Of a DNA stretch of 64,000 nt, positions 47,225-57,408 are shown piece by piece (positions within the stretch are counted from its first letter, which is position 1; each line of letters begins with the position of its first letter). Both the position numbers and the translations under genes were made by a program. The notes under the pieces were generated by a model. The model ran no database searches. It was not told where the DNA came from and saw only the letters and a program-made list of their open reading frames with translations. This DNA comes from an uncultured Actinomycetota bacterium. GTDB taxonomy: Bacteria > Actinomycetota > Actinomycetes > JAHEKZ01. The DNA lies in contig CAVQYR010000002.1 in the NCBI GenBank assembly GCA_963718235.1, positions 128,001-192,000 of the forward strand. Direction: 5' to 3'.

Positions 47225-48761
47225 TCAGCGGGTCACCGCGAAGGCAGCGCTCCCGGCCGAGGTGTACTGGTCGGTCAGCAGGTAGTGGACGACGTAGTCG
47301 CCGGCCGGAAGGGGCCAGGGCCCGCCCTGCGAGGACCCGTCGAGCAGCATCGAACCATCGACGGTCGGTGGGAGGGACCCGGAGTCGTGCAGGCCGCTGT
47401 AGCCCCAGAGCAGGTAGTCGTCTCGGTCCGGGTCGGCGGCGTCGGCTCGGTACACGCCGATCCAGTCCCAGCGGTTCGCCGGACCGTCGTCCCAGCTGAC
47501 CTCGATCGGCTCGCCGACGGAGTAGCGGGGCCGGTCGGTCTGGATCGAAACGGTCGCAGACCGCGAACGGACCCACAGCGAGTTGCGGGCGACCTCGGTC
47601 CCGTCCTCGTCCAGCAGCACGACGTCGTAGCCCGCGGGGCCAAGGTCTGTGGTGTCGAGGCTCAGCACTCCCGAGCTTCCCGGAGCGGGCTCGGTGACCG
47701 TGGCGGCCGTGGCGTCACCGCCCTCGGGGACGACGACCACCGAGCCGTCGGAGGTTTCGGGCGTGTTGTAGTAGACGGTGACCGTGTCACCCCGGGTGAG
47801 CATCCTTTGGTCCAGCGACACCGTCATCGGCAGCTCGACCGGAGTGACGTCGAACGTCGACAGCACGGCTCGATGGTCGGAGGTCCAAGGGTCGAAGGGC
47901 AGGTCCACGTTCGGCCCCCCTGGCTCTCCGACCAGCTGGGCGTCGACCGTGGTGGTCGGGCCGCCGGAGTAGACGTAGTCGATCCGGTCACCGAACCCAC
48001 CCTTGCGGAAGTCGGGGTTGTCCTTGGTGAGCCCAGGGTTCGCGAGCGGGTCGGGGTGCACCTCGCGGAAGGTGTCTCGGAAACCGATGTCGAACAGCGC
48101 CTCGCTCACGGTCCAGGGCACGGCCTCGGTGATGCCTCGCCGGGTGCCGACGGTGTCGGCTGAGTAGTCCAGGCTCGACGGCTGGTTGAAGTCTCCGGTG
48201 AGGAACACCGGGTAGCCCTGCTCCGCCAGCTGGTCCATGTCGGGAATCAAGTTCCGCATCGATGACGTGCGAACGACGTCCTCGGACCGCAGTACCTCCT
48301 CGAGCGGCATGCCGTCGAGGAGGAGCTTGGGCCCGTACTTGACGTAGTCGAGGTGGGTGTTGAAGAAGGCCACTGCATACCCCGGCTCGACCTCGATCAA
48401 GGCGTACAGGCCGTCGGCGCCGGACGGCTCGTGGATCGGGTACTTCGACAAGAGCTGAAGCCCCACGTTGTAGTACGGGGTAGCCGGTCTTCTGGGCGAT
48501 CTCCGGCAACCGGTTGTACGACTCGAGGACGCCGACCACATCGGCGTCAAGATCGCGAATCACCCGGTCGGTCGCAGTGGTCCCGCCGTACTCGACGTTG
48601 AAGACGAGGACGTCGAGCTCGGTCGGCTCACCCACCGCGAGTGCCGAGGGCTGCGACGGTGGTTCGGAGGTGCACCCGGTCAGCCCGCCCACGACCAGCA
48701 GCACCACGAGCGCGGGCAGAGCGACGATTTCGAGGTCCTGAGCGAATGTGGCATGCGTCAC
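47225..48761 (-). CDS. Endonuclease/exonuclease/phosphatase-family lipoprotein with C-terminal beta-domains; frameshift near 48480
   Basis: LTGC lipobox, LVFNVEY, ADVVGVLE, NTHL, LTGDFN, DRIDYV, SDHRAV. Confidence 0.8.
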
Positions 48762-48767
48762 TCTAGA

Positions 48768-48807
48768 CGAAGAGGCCCTGTCCGGAGCTCCGGACAGGGC
48801 CTCTTCG
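48768..48807 (-). terminator. Perfect 40-bp palindrome after the S8 protease stop
   Basis: CGAAGAGGCCCTGTCCGGAG|CTCCGGACAGGGCCTCTTCG. Confidence 0.8.
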
Positions 48808-48818
48808 CTGTTCTGGGA

Positions 48819-51806
48819 TCAGCCGATCGACACCAGGGTGAACCCGACCAGCTCACCGCCACGGCTGTACCCGACCCACCCGAGATACGGGGCGTCGGCG
48901 TCGAGCCCGGACCAGGCGAAGGTCAGGTCGACCGGTGACGCGAGCGTCACCGACGCCGAGGACGGGGTCACCGTGAGGTTGCCCTCGTCGCTGTCACCCA
49001 CGACGAACGTGGCGATGTCGAACGTGGTCGACGCCGCCGCGCCGGCCGCAGCGAACCCGTGGACGTACGCGGTGTAGTCACCCGCAGGGATCCCTGGGAG
49101 CGTCACCACCTCGTCGCCGGAACCGGTTGCCGACAGACCGACCAGGTTCCCGTCGGCGTCGTACACCCACAGGTCGAGGTCATCGGCATCGTTCGCGCCG
49201 TCGACCGCCACCCGCAGTGCCGTACTGCCGGCCGGAACCGTGATCGGGTAGGCCTTCACTGCCGGCCCGGACTGCGGGTCCGCAGGGTCGAAGGCGTTCG
49301 GGTCGATGTTCACCGAGCCCGACTGGACGTCGCCCTTGGCCAGACCGTAGACCGTGCTGTCCAAGGTGCCGGTGAACCCTGGTGTGACCGAGACGTCGGT
49401 CGAGCCAGAGGTTCCCGTGCCGACGACCTCGGACGGGGCGGAGACCCCGGTCGGCTGCACGGCCACCGGGCTGCGCACCCGGTAGCCGTTGCCCACCCAG
49501 CTGATCTTGCCGGTGCTGTAGGTGTCCAGAGGTGCCGTCGTCGTGGTGAAGGTCACCGTGAACCTCGCCGACCGGCCGGCCGGAACGGTCAGGCTGCTCG
49601 GTGAGACCTTGACCTTGACCCCGGGCAGTCCCTTGACGGACGCCGAGACCTTGAGAGTCCGGTCCGACACGTTCAGCACCCTTCGGGTGATGGTCTGCCG
49701 CCCCGCCAGGGCGCCGATCGCGATCGACGCCTGGTTCAGGTCGGAGCCATCGATGCCCTTGATGCCGTCGATGTCGATGCCCTGGTTGCCCTCGAGGAAC
49801 CGCAGCCAGCCCTTGAGCCCAGTGTTGTAGACCAGGCCCGGGTCGACCGCCGTGTTCGGCCGAACCAGCCCGGCGCCCTGCTCGAACGGGCTGGTCGTGC
49901 CCTTGGTATTGCGAGCACTGGTCTGGAGGGCCGACTTGATCGCAGCGGTCGACCAGTCAGGATGGGCCTGCCTCATCAGCGCCGCGATCCCGGCGATGTG
50001 CGGTGACGCCATCGAGGTGCCCGACAACATGTCGAAGTCGCGCCCGTAGTCGGTCACCGGCGAGATGCCGGCCAGAACATTGACGCCGGGAGCTGCGATG
50101 TCGGGCTTGAGGACGTCCCCACCAGTGGTCAGCGACGGACCCCGGGAGGAGAACTCGGCGATCTGGGGGATCACCGTGGTCGACTCGCCGGCCTTCAGGG
50201 GCGAGATGGCCACCGTCGGGCTCGGGTCCGTGGCCACGTACTCCTTCAGGGCGGCACCGTCGATGTCGTCGAGGTGGACCGTCGGCACGAAGTGCAGGTC
50301 GGCCTCCAGGGAGTTCGGACCGATGTTGACGAGCACCATGCCCACACCGTCTGCGGCGGCGACCTCAGCGCTCTTGTCGATCCGGGCGTTGACCCCTCGG
50401 TCGCAGACGACGACCTTGCCGGCCGCCTTGTACGGCGCCAGGGTCCCGGCGAAGCACAGCGCCGCCTCGGCCGGGTCGGCGCCCGGCTTGGCGATGTCCG
50501 CGGCCAGGACGGCCGGGGTGGCGGGCAGCGATCCGGTGGACGACGCTCCCACGTAGCGGGTGCCGTCACCCAGGACTGCCGCCTGCTCGCTGATCTTGTA
50601 GGTCGACGCTGCCGTCGAGGTCAGCCACGGGCTGACATGGTCGGTGGTGCTCGCGTCGGGACCCTCGTTGCCGGCAGACGCAGCGACGAACACCCCGGCG
50701 TCGGCGGCGAACAGGAACGCGACCTCCTCGGGACCGAGCACCGAGCCCTCGCTGCCGGAGCCGATCGAGAAGTTGATCACGTCGACACCGTCGGCCACGG
50801 CCTGGTCGATCGCCGCGGTCAGGTCGGTGCTGTTGCCGCTGTTCGTCCCGGTCGCATCGGTCCACAGGGCCTTGTAGGCCGCGAGGTACGCGCCGGGGGC
50901 CATGCCACTGATCGTTCCGTAGTCGGTGCCGTCGACGATCGCCTGGGTCCGGTGCCCTGCGGCCGTGGTCCCCGTGTGCGTGCCGTGACCGTCGTAGTCG
51001 CGCGGGGAGAGGAACTCCTCGGGAAGCAGGTTCTCCTCACCGAAGCCCTCGACGAAGTAGCGGGCGCCGATCAGCTTGCGGTTGCAGTCGCTGGCGGTGA
51101 AGTCCTCGCCGGTCTGGCAGATGCCGGTCCAGCCGGGGACAGGAGCCTTGAGCTTGGCCGCCTTCACGCCGGGGTTCTCCGGCCAGATACCGGTGTCGAT
51201 CACTCCGACGACGACGCCCTTACCGGCACCTCGGCGGCCCGCGCCGCCCAGCTGGTCCCACAGACCTCCGGGAGCGGACAGCCCGAGGTAGCCGGGGGAG
51301 ACGTTGGTGTCGACGGTGCGCTTCTGGTCCTCGAACAGCTTCACCACGTCTGGCTGCTTGGCCAGTGCGGTGGCCTCCGCGGCGCTGAGGTCGACGGCCA
51401 CGCCGTTGAACGCGGTCGTGTAGTTGTACAGGGCGCTGCGCGGGTTGACCCCGACCCGGGTCAGGGCCTGGGCGTGCGTCGCGCGCAGATGGCTGCGGTA
51501 GGCGACGACGGCCGCACTACGGGTGGCCAGGTGCTGTCCGGGCCTCACCTTGGTGGCGGGGAGTCCCTTGATGCCGCCTCGGTAGGCGACTGCGGGCATC
51601 CCGCGGAACATGACGATGTAGCGGCCTGCTGAGTACTGCTCACCAGAGTCGGTGGCGGTCTTCAGGAGGGCGCGGTCAGGACCGGGCCGAGACGCGGCGA
51701 ACGCGGTCCCGGAGGCACCTGCTGCGGTGAGGGCGAGAGCTGCCGAGGTGGCCACAGCCAGAACGGCTGCCTTCCCCCGGAGTCCGCGGTGCGATCGACG
51801 AAGCAC
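48819..51806 (-). CDS. Secreted S8 subtilase (I9 propeptide, PA domain, fn3/PPC-like tail)
   Basis: Catalytic triad VIDTGI, GHGTHTG, SGTSMASPH; KPDIAAPG; AAGGAAGG RBS before GTG at 51806. Confidence 0.93.
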   Translation of the reverse strand: MLRRSHRGLRGKAAVLAVATSAALALTAAGASGTAFAASRPGPDRALLKTATDSGEQYSAGRYIVMFRGMPAVAYRGGIKGLPATKVRPGQHLATRSAAVVAYRSHLRATHAQALTRVGVNPRSALYNYTTAFNGVAVDLSAAEATALAKQPDVVKLFEDQKRTVDTNVSPGYLGLSAPGGLWDQLGGAGRRGAGKGVVVGVIDTGIWPENPGVKAAKLKAPVPGWTGICQTGEDFTASDCNRKLIGARYFVEGFGEENLLPEEFLSPRDYDGHGTHTGTTAAGHRTQAIVDGTDYGTISGMAPGAYLAAYKALWTDATGTNSGNSTDLTAAIDQAVADGVDVINFSIGSGSEGSVLGPEEVAFLFAADAGVFVAASAGNEGPDASTTDHVSPWLTSTAASTYKISEQAAVLGDGTRYVGASSTGSLPATPAVLAADIAKPGADPAEAALCFAGTLAPYKAAGKVVVCDRGVNARIDKSAEVAAADGVGMVLVNIGPNSLEADLHFVPTVHLDDIDGAALKEYVATDPSPTVAISPLKAGESTTVIPQIAEFSSRGPSLTTGGDVLKPDIAAPGVNVLAGISPVTDYGRDFDMLSGTSMASPHIAGIAALMRQAHPDWSTAAIKSALQTSARNTKGTTSPFEQGAGLVRPNTAVDPGLVYNTGLKGWLRFLEGNQGIDIDGIKGIDGSDLNQASIAIGALAGRQTITRRVLNVSDRTLKVSASVKGLPGVKVKVSPSSLTVPAGRSARFTVTFTTTTAPLDTYSTGKISWVGNGYRVRSPVAVQPTGVSAPSEVVGTGTSGSTDVSVTPGFTGTLDSTVYGLAKGDVQSGSVNIDPNAFDPADPQSGPAVKAYPITVPAGSTALRVAVDGANDADDLDLWVYDADGNLVGLSATGSGDEVVTLPGIPAGDYTAYVHGFAAAGAAASTTFDIATFVVGDSDEGNLTVTPSSASVTLASPVDLTFAWSGLDADAPYLGWVGYSRGGELVGFTLVSIG

Positions 51807-51989
51807 GCGGTTCCTTCCTTTGGCGCCGGGTCGGCACCGTTTCGGACAGATGGACGCCTGCGGGTCGACGCAGGCCGAGACCACCGTGGTGGGGCGGTGT
51901 CACGACGTCAAGAGGTCGTGCTCGAATCGTTCCCTGGTACCACCGATCGAGCGACCGAAGTCACCCAGGCCGCATGGACGGCTACCGTC

Positions 51990-52037
51990 CGGCACAGCGA
52001 GCGGCACAGCGAGCGGCACGTCGACCGGCACATCGAC
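51990..52037. repeat. Four degenerate 12-bp tandem units CGGCACnnCGA(G/C)
   Basis: Read directly, upstream of the S8 gene. Confidence 0.75.
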
Positions 52038-52065
52038 CGGCAAGAGCGGGCGAGACCGAAGCCGG

Positions 52066-52359
52066 TCAGCCCTCGTCGGTGCTCGCGATGACGACGTCGC
52101 CCTCGGCGTCCATGGCGGCCACGGTCTCCGACAGGACGGCGGAGTTGCCCTCCTCGTCGACCAGGCTCACGGTCTCGTCGACGAACACCGAGCCGTCGGC
52201 ACCCTCGACGACCACCAGGTCGTCGACCGCGGTCAGGCCAGACTCCTCGTCGGTGACCGCCGTCACGGTCTCGCTGACGATGTCGCCGTCCTCGGTCACC
52301 TCGGTCACCGAGGCCTCGACCTCGTCCAGTCCGCCGGACGATCCAGTCGCGTCGCTCAC
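52066..52359 (-). CDS. Hyper-acidic 97-aa hypothetical protein
   Basis: GGAG RBS; strongly GC3-biased codons; no Lys, Arg or His. Confidence 0.7.
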   Translation of the reverse strand: MSDATGSSGGLDEVEASVTEVTEDGDIVSETVTAVTDEESGLTAVDDLVVVEGADGSVFVDETVSLVDEEGNSAVLSETVAAMDAEGDVVIASTDEG

Positions 52360-52444
52360 TGTGCTTCTCCGTCTCTGCTGCCGCGGCCGACCCGCGGTGG
52401 TCGTCGCACCCTAGCCGCGAACGGTCGGTGGCGCCTACCGCCGT

Positions 52445-53288
52445 TCAGCCGTCGCCGCGCCGCTGCCAACGGAAGGTGGTGAGGCACAGGACGAGACCGA
52501 TCACCGTCCACAGCGCGAGCATGGCGGCGACGGTGGGGAGCTCCCAGGCCCCAGCCGGCTCCTGGGAGGCGAACGACCCCGGCAGGAACACCGAGCGCAT
52601 GCCCTGGGTCATCCACTTGAGCGGGAACAGCGAGGCCATGGTCTGCATCCAGTCGGGGAGCTCGCGGAACACGAAGAACACCCCCGAGGTGAACTGCAGC
52701 ACCAGAATCACCGGGGTCACCCAGGCCGAAGCGGAACGCCCTGACTTCGGCAGGCTCGAGAAAGCGATCCCGAGCAAGGTGCACAGGGCCAGCCCGAAGA
52801 TGCTCACCCAGCCGAACGTGACCCACTGCCAGGTCGTGTCCGGCAGCGTGACGTCGAAGAGGACCACACCGATGAGCAGCAGCAGCACGACCTGCGCGAC
52901 GTAGACGACGCACACCACCCCGAGCTTGCCGAGGAAGTACGACGCCTTGGGCATGGGGGTGCCCTGCAGGCGTTTCAGGGTTCCGTCGTCACGCTCCATC
53001 GGAATCGCGATCGCCAGCTGCTGGAACGAGCTGTACACCAGCCCCGACGCGATCATCCCGGCCAGGAAGTACTGCGAGAACGTGACACCGAGGCCGGGTG
53101 CGATCTCGCGGCTGAACACCGATCCGAAGATGATCATGAGCAGCATGGGCAGCGAGAAGGTGAACACCACCGACTCCCGCTCGCGGAAGAACTGCTTGAG
53201 CTCGATCCGGAACCGTTGCCACCCGATGGACAGGGTCGAGGGCCGCGGGACCGGCCGACCGTGACCGGCGGGCGCGGGCGGCCGTCAT
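52445..53288 (-). CDS. ABC-2 type permease (probable 1-nt indel near the start)
   Basis: ELKQFFRERESVVFTFSLP, ERDDGTLKRL.GTP, six TM segments. Confidence 0.85.
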
Positions 53289-54160
53289 GAGCCCGAGCTC
53301 TCGACGACAGCGTCGTCGGTGTGGGTGGAGACCAGCGCGAGGTAGACGTCCTCCAGGCTGGGTCGTCGTACGGTCAGCTCGGGGATCTCCCCGGTGAACT
53401 GGGCGGCGAGCTGTCGGATCAGCCGGGTCGGCTCGCCCGTGGTCTCGGTGTGCGGGCCGTCGGCAGCGACCCAGGTGACGACGGCGTCGGCCGACTCCCT
53501 GCCGCCCAGCGTCGAGGGGGCGCCTTCGGCGACGATGCGTCCATCGGCGATGACGGCCACCCGGTCGGCCAGACGCTCTGCCTCGTCGAGGTAGTGCGTC
53601 GTCAGCAGGATCGTGCTGCCATCGGCCCGCAGCCGGTCGACCAGGGTCCAGAAGTCACGGCGGGCCTCCGGGTCGAAGCCGGTCGTGGGCTCGTCGAGGA
53701 ACAACAGCTCGGGGCGGCCGATGATCCCCAGGGCGACGTCGAGCCGCCTGCGCTGACCGCCCGACAGGTTGCGGGCCCGGGTGTCGCGCTTGTCGCCCAG
53801 CCCGACCGAGTCGATCACGTCGTCGGGGTCACGCGGTTGGGCGTAGTAGTGCGCGAAGTGGTCGACGACCTCGTGGACGGTGAGGTCGGCGTTGTCGGTG
53901 GCGGTCTGCAGCACGATGCCGATCCGGCTGCGCCAGCTGCTGGTCGGGTGCGCGGGGTCGTGGCCCAGGACGCTGACCTCACCCGCGTCGCGCGAGCGGT
54001 AGCCCTCGAGGATCTCCACGGTCGTGGTCTTCCCGGCCCCGTTGGGCCCGAGCATCGCCACGCACTCGCCCCGACCGACGTCCAGGTCGATGCCGTCGAC
54101 GGCTGCGCGACCGCCGTAGGACTTGACCAGACCGCGCACCGAAACCACTGCTTGGGTCAC
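53285..54160 (-). CDS. ABC transporter ATP-binding protein (DrrA-like)
   Basis: GPNGAGKTT, LSGGQRRR, FLDEPTTG, TTHYLDEA. Confidence 0.93.
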   Translation of the reverse strand: MTQAVVSVRGLVKSYGGRAAVDGIDLDVGRGECVAMLGPNGAGKTTTVEILEGYRSRDAGEVSVLGHDPAHPTSSWRSRIGIVLQTATDNADLTVHEVVDHFAHYYAQPRDPDDVIDSVGLGDKRDTRARNLSGGQRRRLDVALGIIGRPELLFLDEPTTGFDPEARRDFWTLVDRLRADGSTILLTTHYLDEAERLADRVAVIADGRIVAEGAPSTLGGRESADAVVTWVAADGPHTETTGEPTRLIRQLAAQFTGEIPELTVRRPSLEDVYLALVSTHTDDAVVESSGS

Positions 54161-54396
54161 GAGTGGGAGCCTAGTGAAGCAGCACCGGCTGAGCGGCGTG
54201 CCCGGCACTCAGCCGAGGGGAGAGCCGACGCCCGCTCGGTCATTCGGGTGACTTCACGGGGCGTGGTCCGGGGAGGCCCGCCGATGGCAGATAATGGGCT
54301 CAGTCATGCGTGCTCGGGGCACGTGCTCGTGGGGGACCGCACCGTGCTCGTCGGCCGCCTGCGAAGTGGAACAGCAGACGCAAGGTGAGGGGACCG

Positions 54397-55355
54397 ATGA
54401 ACAGAAAGACCCTGGTGGCCGGGCTCGTGGCGCGAGCCTCCTGGCGGCGGGCCTGGCCGGAGGTGTGGGCACCGCATCGGCGGCGACGAGCTCGGTGCTC
54501 ACCGTGACGCCGGTGGAGCCGAAGGTTGCCGAAGTCTGCTGGACGGAGTACACGCCCGATCAGGTGGCACCGTGACGGGCTACAGACTCATCTCCTCGGC
54601 CATCAGCGGCGGCGGAATCGGCATCCCGGCCGACCAGCTGTGCGTCCATCTCGACCAATTGCTGTCGGGCAAGCCGTATGCCTACGACCTCGAGGCGGAG
54701 GTCGATGGCGTGGGCTTACGTGAAGGCCGCCGAGACGCTCGAATGCTCGAGCCTTACGTGCTCACGGCGGCCGTGCGTCCGGTCGTGAACTGCTGCTCGC
54801 GTGACCGTCTCGGGAACGCTGAAGAGCAACAACAAGGGTGATCGGTGGCGCCACCATCATCATCCAGAAGCGCGGCACGTCGAGCTGACCCGTGGGTCCA
54901 AGCGGCCACGGTGAGCACGAACGCGAAGGGCAACTACACCAAGGCGATCCGGATCAACCGGAACACGAAGCTGCGTACCTACTTCAAGGGGCTCGTCGGC
55001 GGGCCGCAGACGCTGGGCGCGTGGAACTCCGACAACCCGGTCGACGTCCGGCCGGTGTTCACGCTGGGCTTCTCCAAGAACCCGGCTCGACGCGGTCAGA
55101 ACGTCCGTGCCTCCGGTGCGGTCAAGGCGGGGTCGGTGGCCGTGCTCGCCGGCGACCCGATCTGCATCCAGCAGCAGAGGGGTCGCGGCTGGAAGTCGCG
55201 TGCAAGTGCGTACCGATCTCGGCCAAGGGCCGGTTCTCCGCCCCGGTGACCGCCGACAAGACCGGCAAGGACCTCAAGTACCGCTGGCGGGCTACTCGGT
55301 GGCCCCGGAGTACGTGGCCGGCAACAGCCGCACGGTGGTGCTCAGGGTGCGCTGA
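54397..55355 (+). CDS. Secreted hypothetical protein, multiply frameshifted
   Basis: Signal-peptide-like start MNRKTLVAGLV; coding-like fragments in several frames; terminator follows. Confidence 0.45.
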
Positions 55356-55369
55356 GCAAGACCGACTCC

Positions 55370-55410
55370 GACGAGGCCGCCCAGGAGCTCCGGCTCGGGG
55401 CGGCCTCGTC
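55370..55410 (+). terminator. 13-bp stem-loop
   Basis: GACGAGGCCGCCC...GGGCGGCCTCGTC. Confidence 0.7.
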
Positions 55411-55566
55411 GTCCGTGGCCCACGGGTGCGCCATCGAGAGTGACTAGGCCAATTGGGCGGTAAGAGACTAGTCCAATAGGAGTGATGCGCGGGTCCCCCG
55501 GGTCAAGTGGCCTGCGGCCCAGGGACGAGCCAACGATCGGCCATCCGCCGACTGTTGGGAGCCACT

Positions 55567-57171
55567 ATGCAACGCCCGTCCCGTACCCGTGTAGGCCTTG
55601 TCCTGTCCGTCGCCGCCGGTTTGGCGGCCTCCAGCTTCGCCTTCGGCAGCCTCACGTCGACGTCCTCGCTGGCCGACGGGCCGGTGGACCGCAGCGTCCA
55701 GTTCGTGGCCGAGCAGGACGCATTCGGGTCCTCGGGCAGCCCAAACCTGCGACGCGCAGCAATGGACCGGTTGGTGGCGCGCAACGCGGGTGGCGTACGA
55801 AAGGTCAGCTACCTGAAGTTCACGGTGACCAGTGAGGCCCTGGGTGCGCGGAGAGGTCGTTGGGGCCAAGCTGCTGGTCTCCCCGCGCGAGTCGATGAGC
55901 GTCCCCATCCAGCTTCGGAGGGTCAGCCGCAACGACTGGTCTGAGCAGACCCTCACCTACAACAACGCCCCCGCCGTGGGCGCGGTGCTCGGCCAGGTGA
56001 GCCCGGGACCGGCCACTACGCGGTGGATCGACGTCAGCCGGGTCGTCACTTCGCCGGGCACCTACTCCTTCGCCCTCACCGCCGAGCGCGGCATCGGCCG
56101 GTTCTCCTCGACGGAGGGCCACCGGCCGCCGACCTTGATCGTGCGGGTCAAGCGGCCGGGGTCGAGCACCAGCACGCCCACGCCGACCACGCCGGAGCCG
56201 ACTCCGACCGTCTCGGACACTCCCACACCAACGACGCCGGAGCCGACTCCGACCGTGTCCGACACCCCCACCCCGACCTCGATCCAAGACCCCCACCCCG
56301 GATCCGACCGACCAGCCCGGCGGGTGTCGTACCCGCTTCCCGGGTGACCCCTGCGCCGGCACGATGTACTACGGAGCCTCGGTCGCAGGGCGGGGACCCG
56401 CGCACCCTGGAGTCCCAGATCGGGACGGGGATCACCCTGTACCGGTCCTACATGCAGCGCCACCACCCCGGCGTCGAAGTTTGCATCCAGGGCCGCTGAC
56501 GGACGTGGCCGCCGGGCGGATCCCGATGATCTCGACCAAGGTCCCCGGTACGTGGGCCGACGTGGCTGCCGGCCGTCAGGACGCCTGGCTGACTGGAGCG
56601 GGTCAAGGCCCTGGCCGCCGTCGAACGGACCGGTGTGGCTCGCCCTGCACCACGAACCCCGCGGTGACGGCGACCCTGCAGACTGGGTCGCGATGCAGCA
56701 GCACGCCCGCACGCGTCATCGACCAGTACGCCAAGAACATCGCGCTTGGTGGGGATCCTGAACGGATGGGACTTCCAGATGCGCGGCGGCATCCCTGAGG
56801 CCTATCGAATGCCGGTGGGCACGGGCGTGGACATCATGGGCTTCGACACCTACAACCCATGGTCTCCGACGAATGGGGATCCCTGGAAGTCGGTCCAGGA
56901 CACTCTCGCGCCTGGGCTAGCGATCCAGGCCTGGGGCTACCCCACGATGGTCGGCGGAGTACGGGGTCCGTGAGGACTCGAGCAACCCTGGCCGGGCGGC
57001 TCAGTGGATGGCGGATCCTACGACTACGCACTCGCGCATGGCTTCCTGGGAGTCTCCTACTTCGACTCAGGGCTCAACTCGCCAGACGGCACGTGGGAGC
57101 TCACCGGGGAGAGGCTCGCCCAGTTCGCAAGGAATGCGGGCCGCCCGGAGACGGCGCACTTCACCCGCTGA
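55567..57171 (+). CDS. Secreted DNRLRE/CBM96-like domain + Pro/Thr linker + GH26-like glycoside hydrolase, frameshifted
   Basis: SYLKF, WSEQTLTYNNAP, FSSTEG; duplicated TPTPTTPEPTPTVSD; VWLALHHEP, VDIMGFDTYNPW, SYFDS. Confidence 0.6.
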
Positions 57172-57408
57172 CAGCATCGCCCGCTCCGAGTCCGCCCAGT
57201 CGGCGACTCGGGCGGAGTCGCCGATTGGTGCAATCGGCTGACGCCCGGACCAACTGGTCCGGGCGTCCGGCCGCCCCAGGTATCGTCACAGGTACGTGGC
57301 CAAGGTCGGCCTGAGGCGAGGGGCCCGTAGACGGCCCCTGGGGGAGGAACTCGGCGGTTATGGGTATCCGGAGCGACGTGCTCTGACTGCGATCACGGGG
57401 CGATCCGG

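Noticed and set aside
53170-53288. Stop-codon readthrough fusing the ABC ATPase and permease (same frame across TGA)
   Set aside because: An ATGA overlap start exists, and a single indel, common in this assembly, explains the frame.
54300-54396. c-di-AMP (ydaO) riboswitch before the secreted protein
   Set aside because: The conserved GAAUC and CCGUCAGCUAAC elements are not present.
56170-56280. Duplicated 45-bp sequence as a DNA repeat element
   Set aside because: It encodes an ordinary Pro/Thr interdomain linker.
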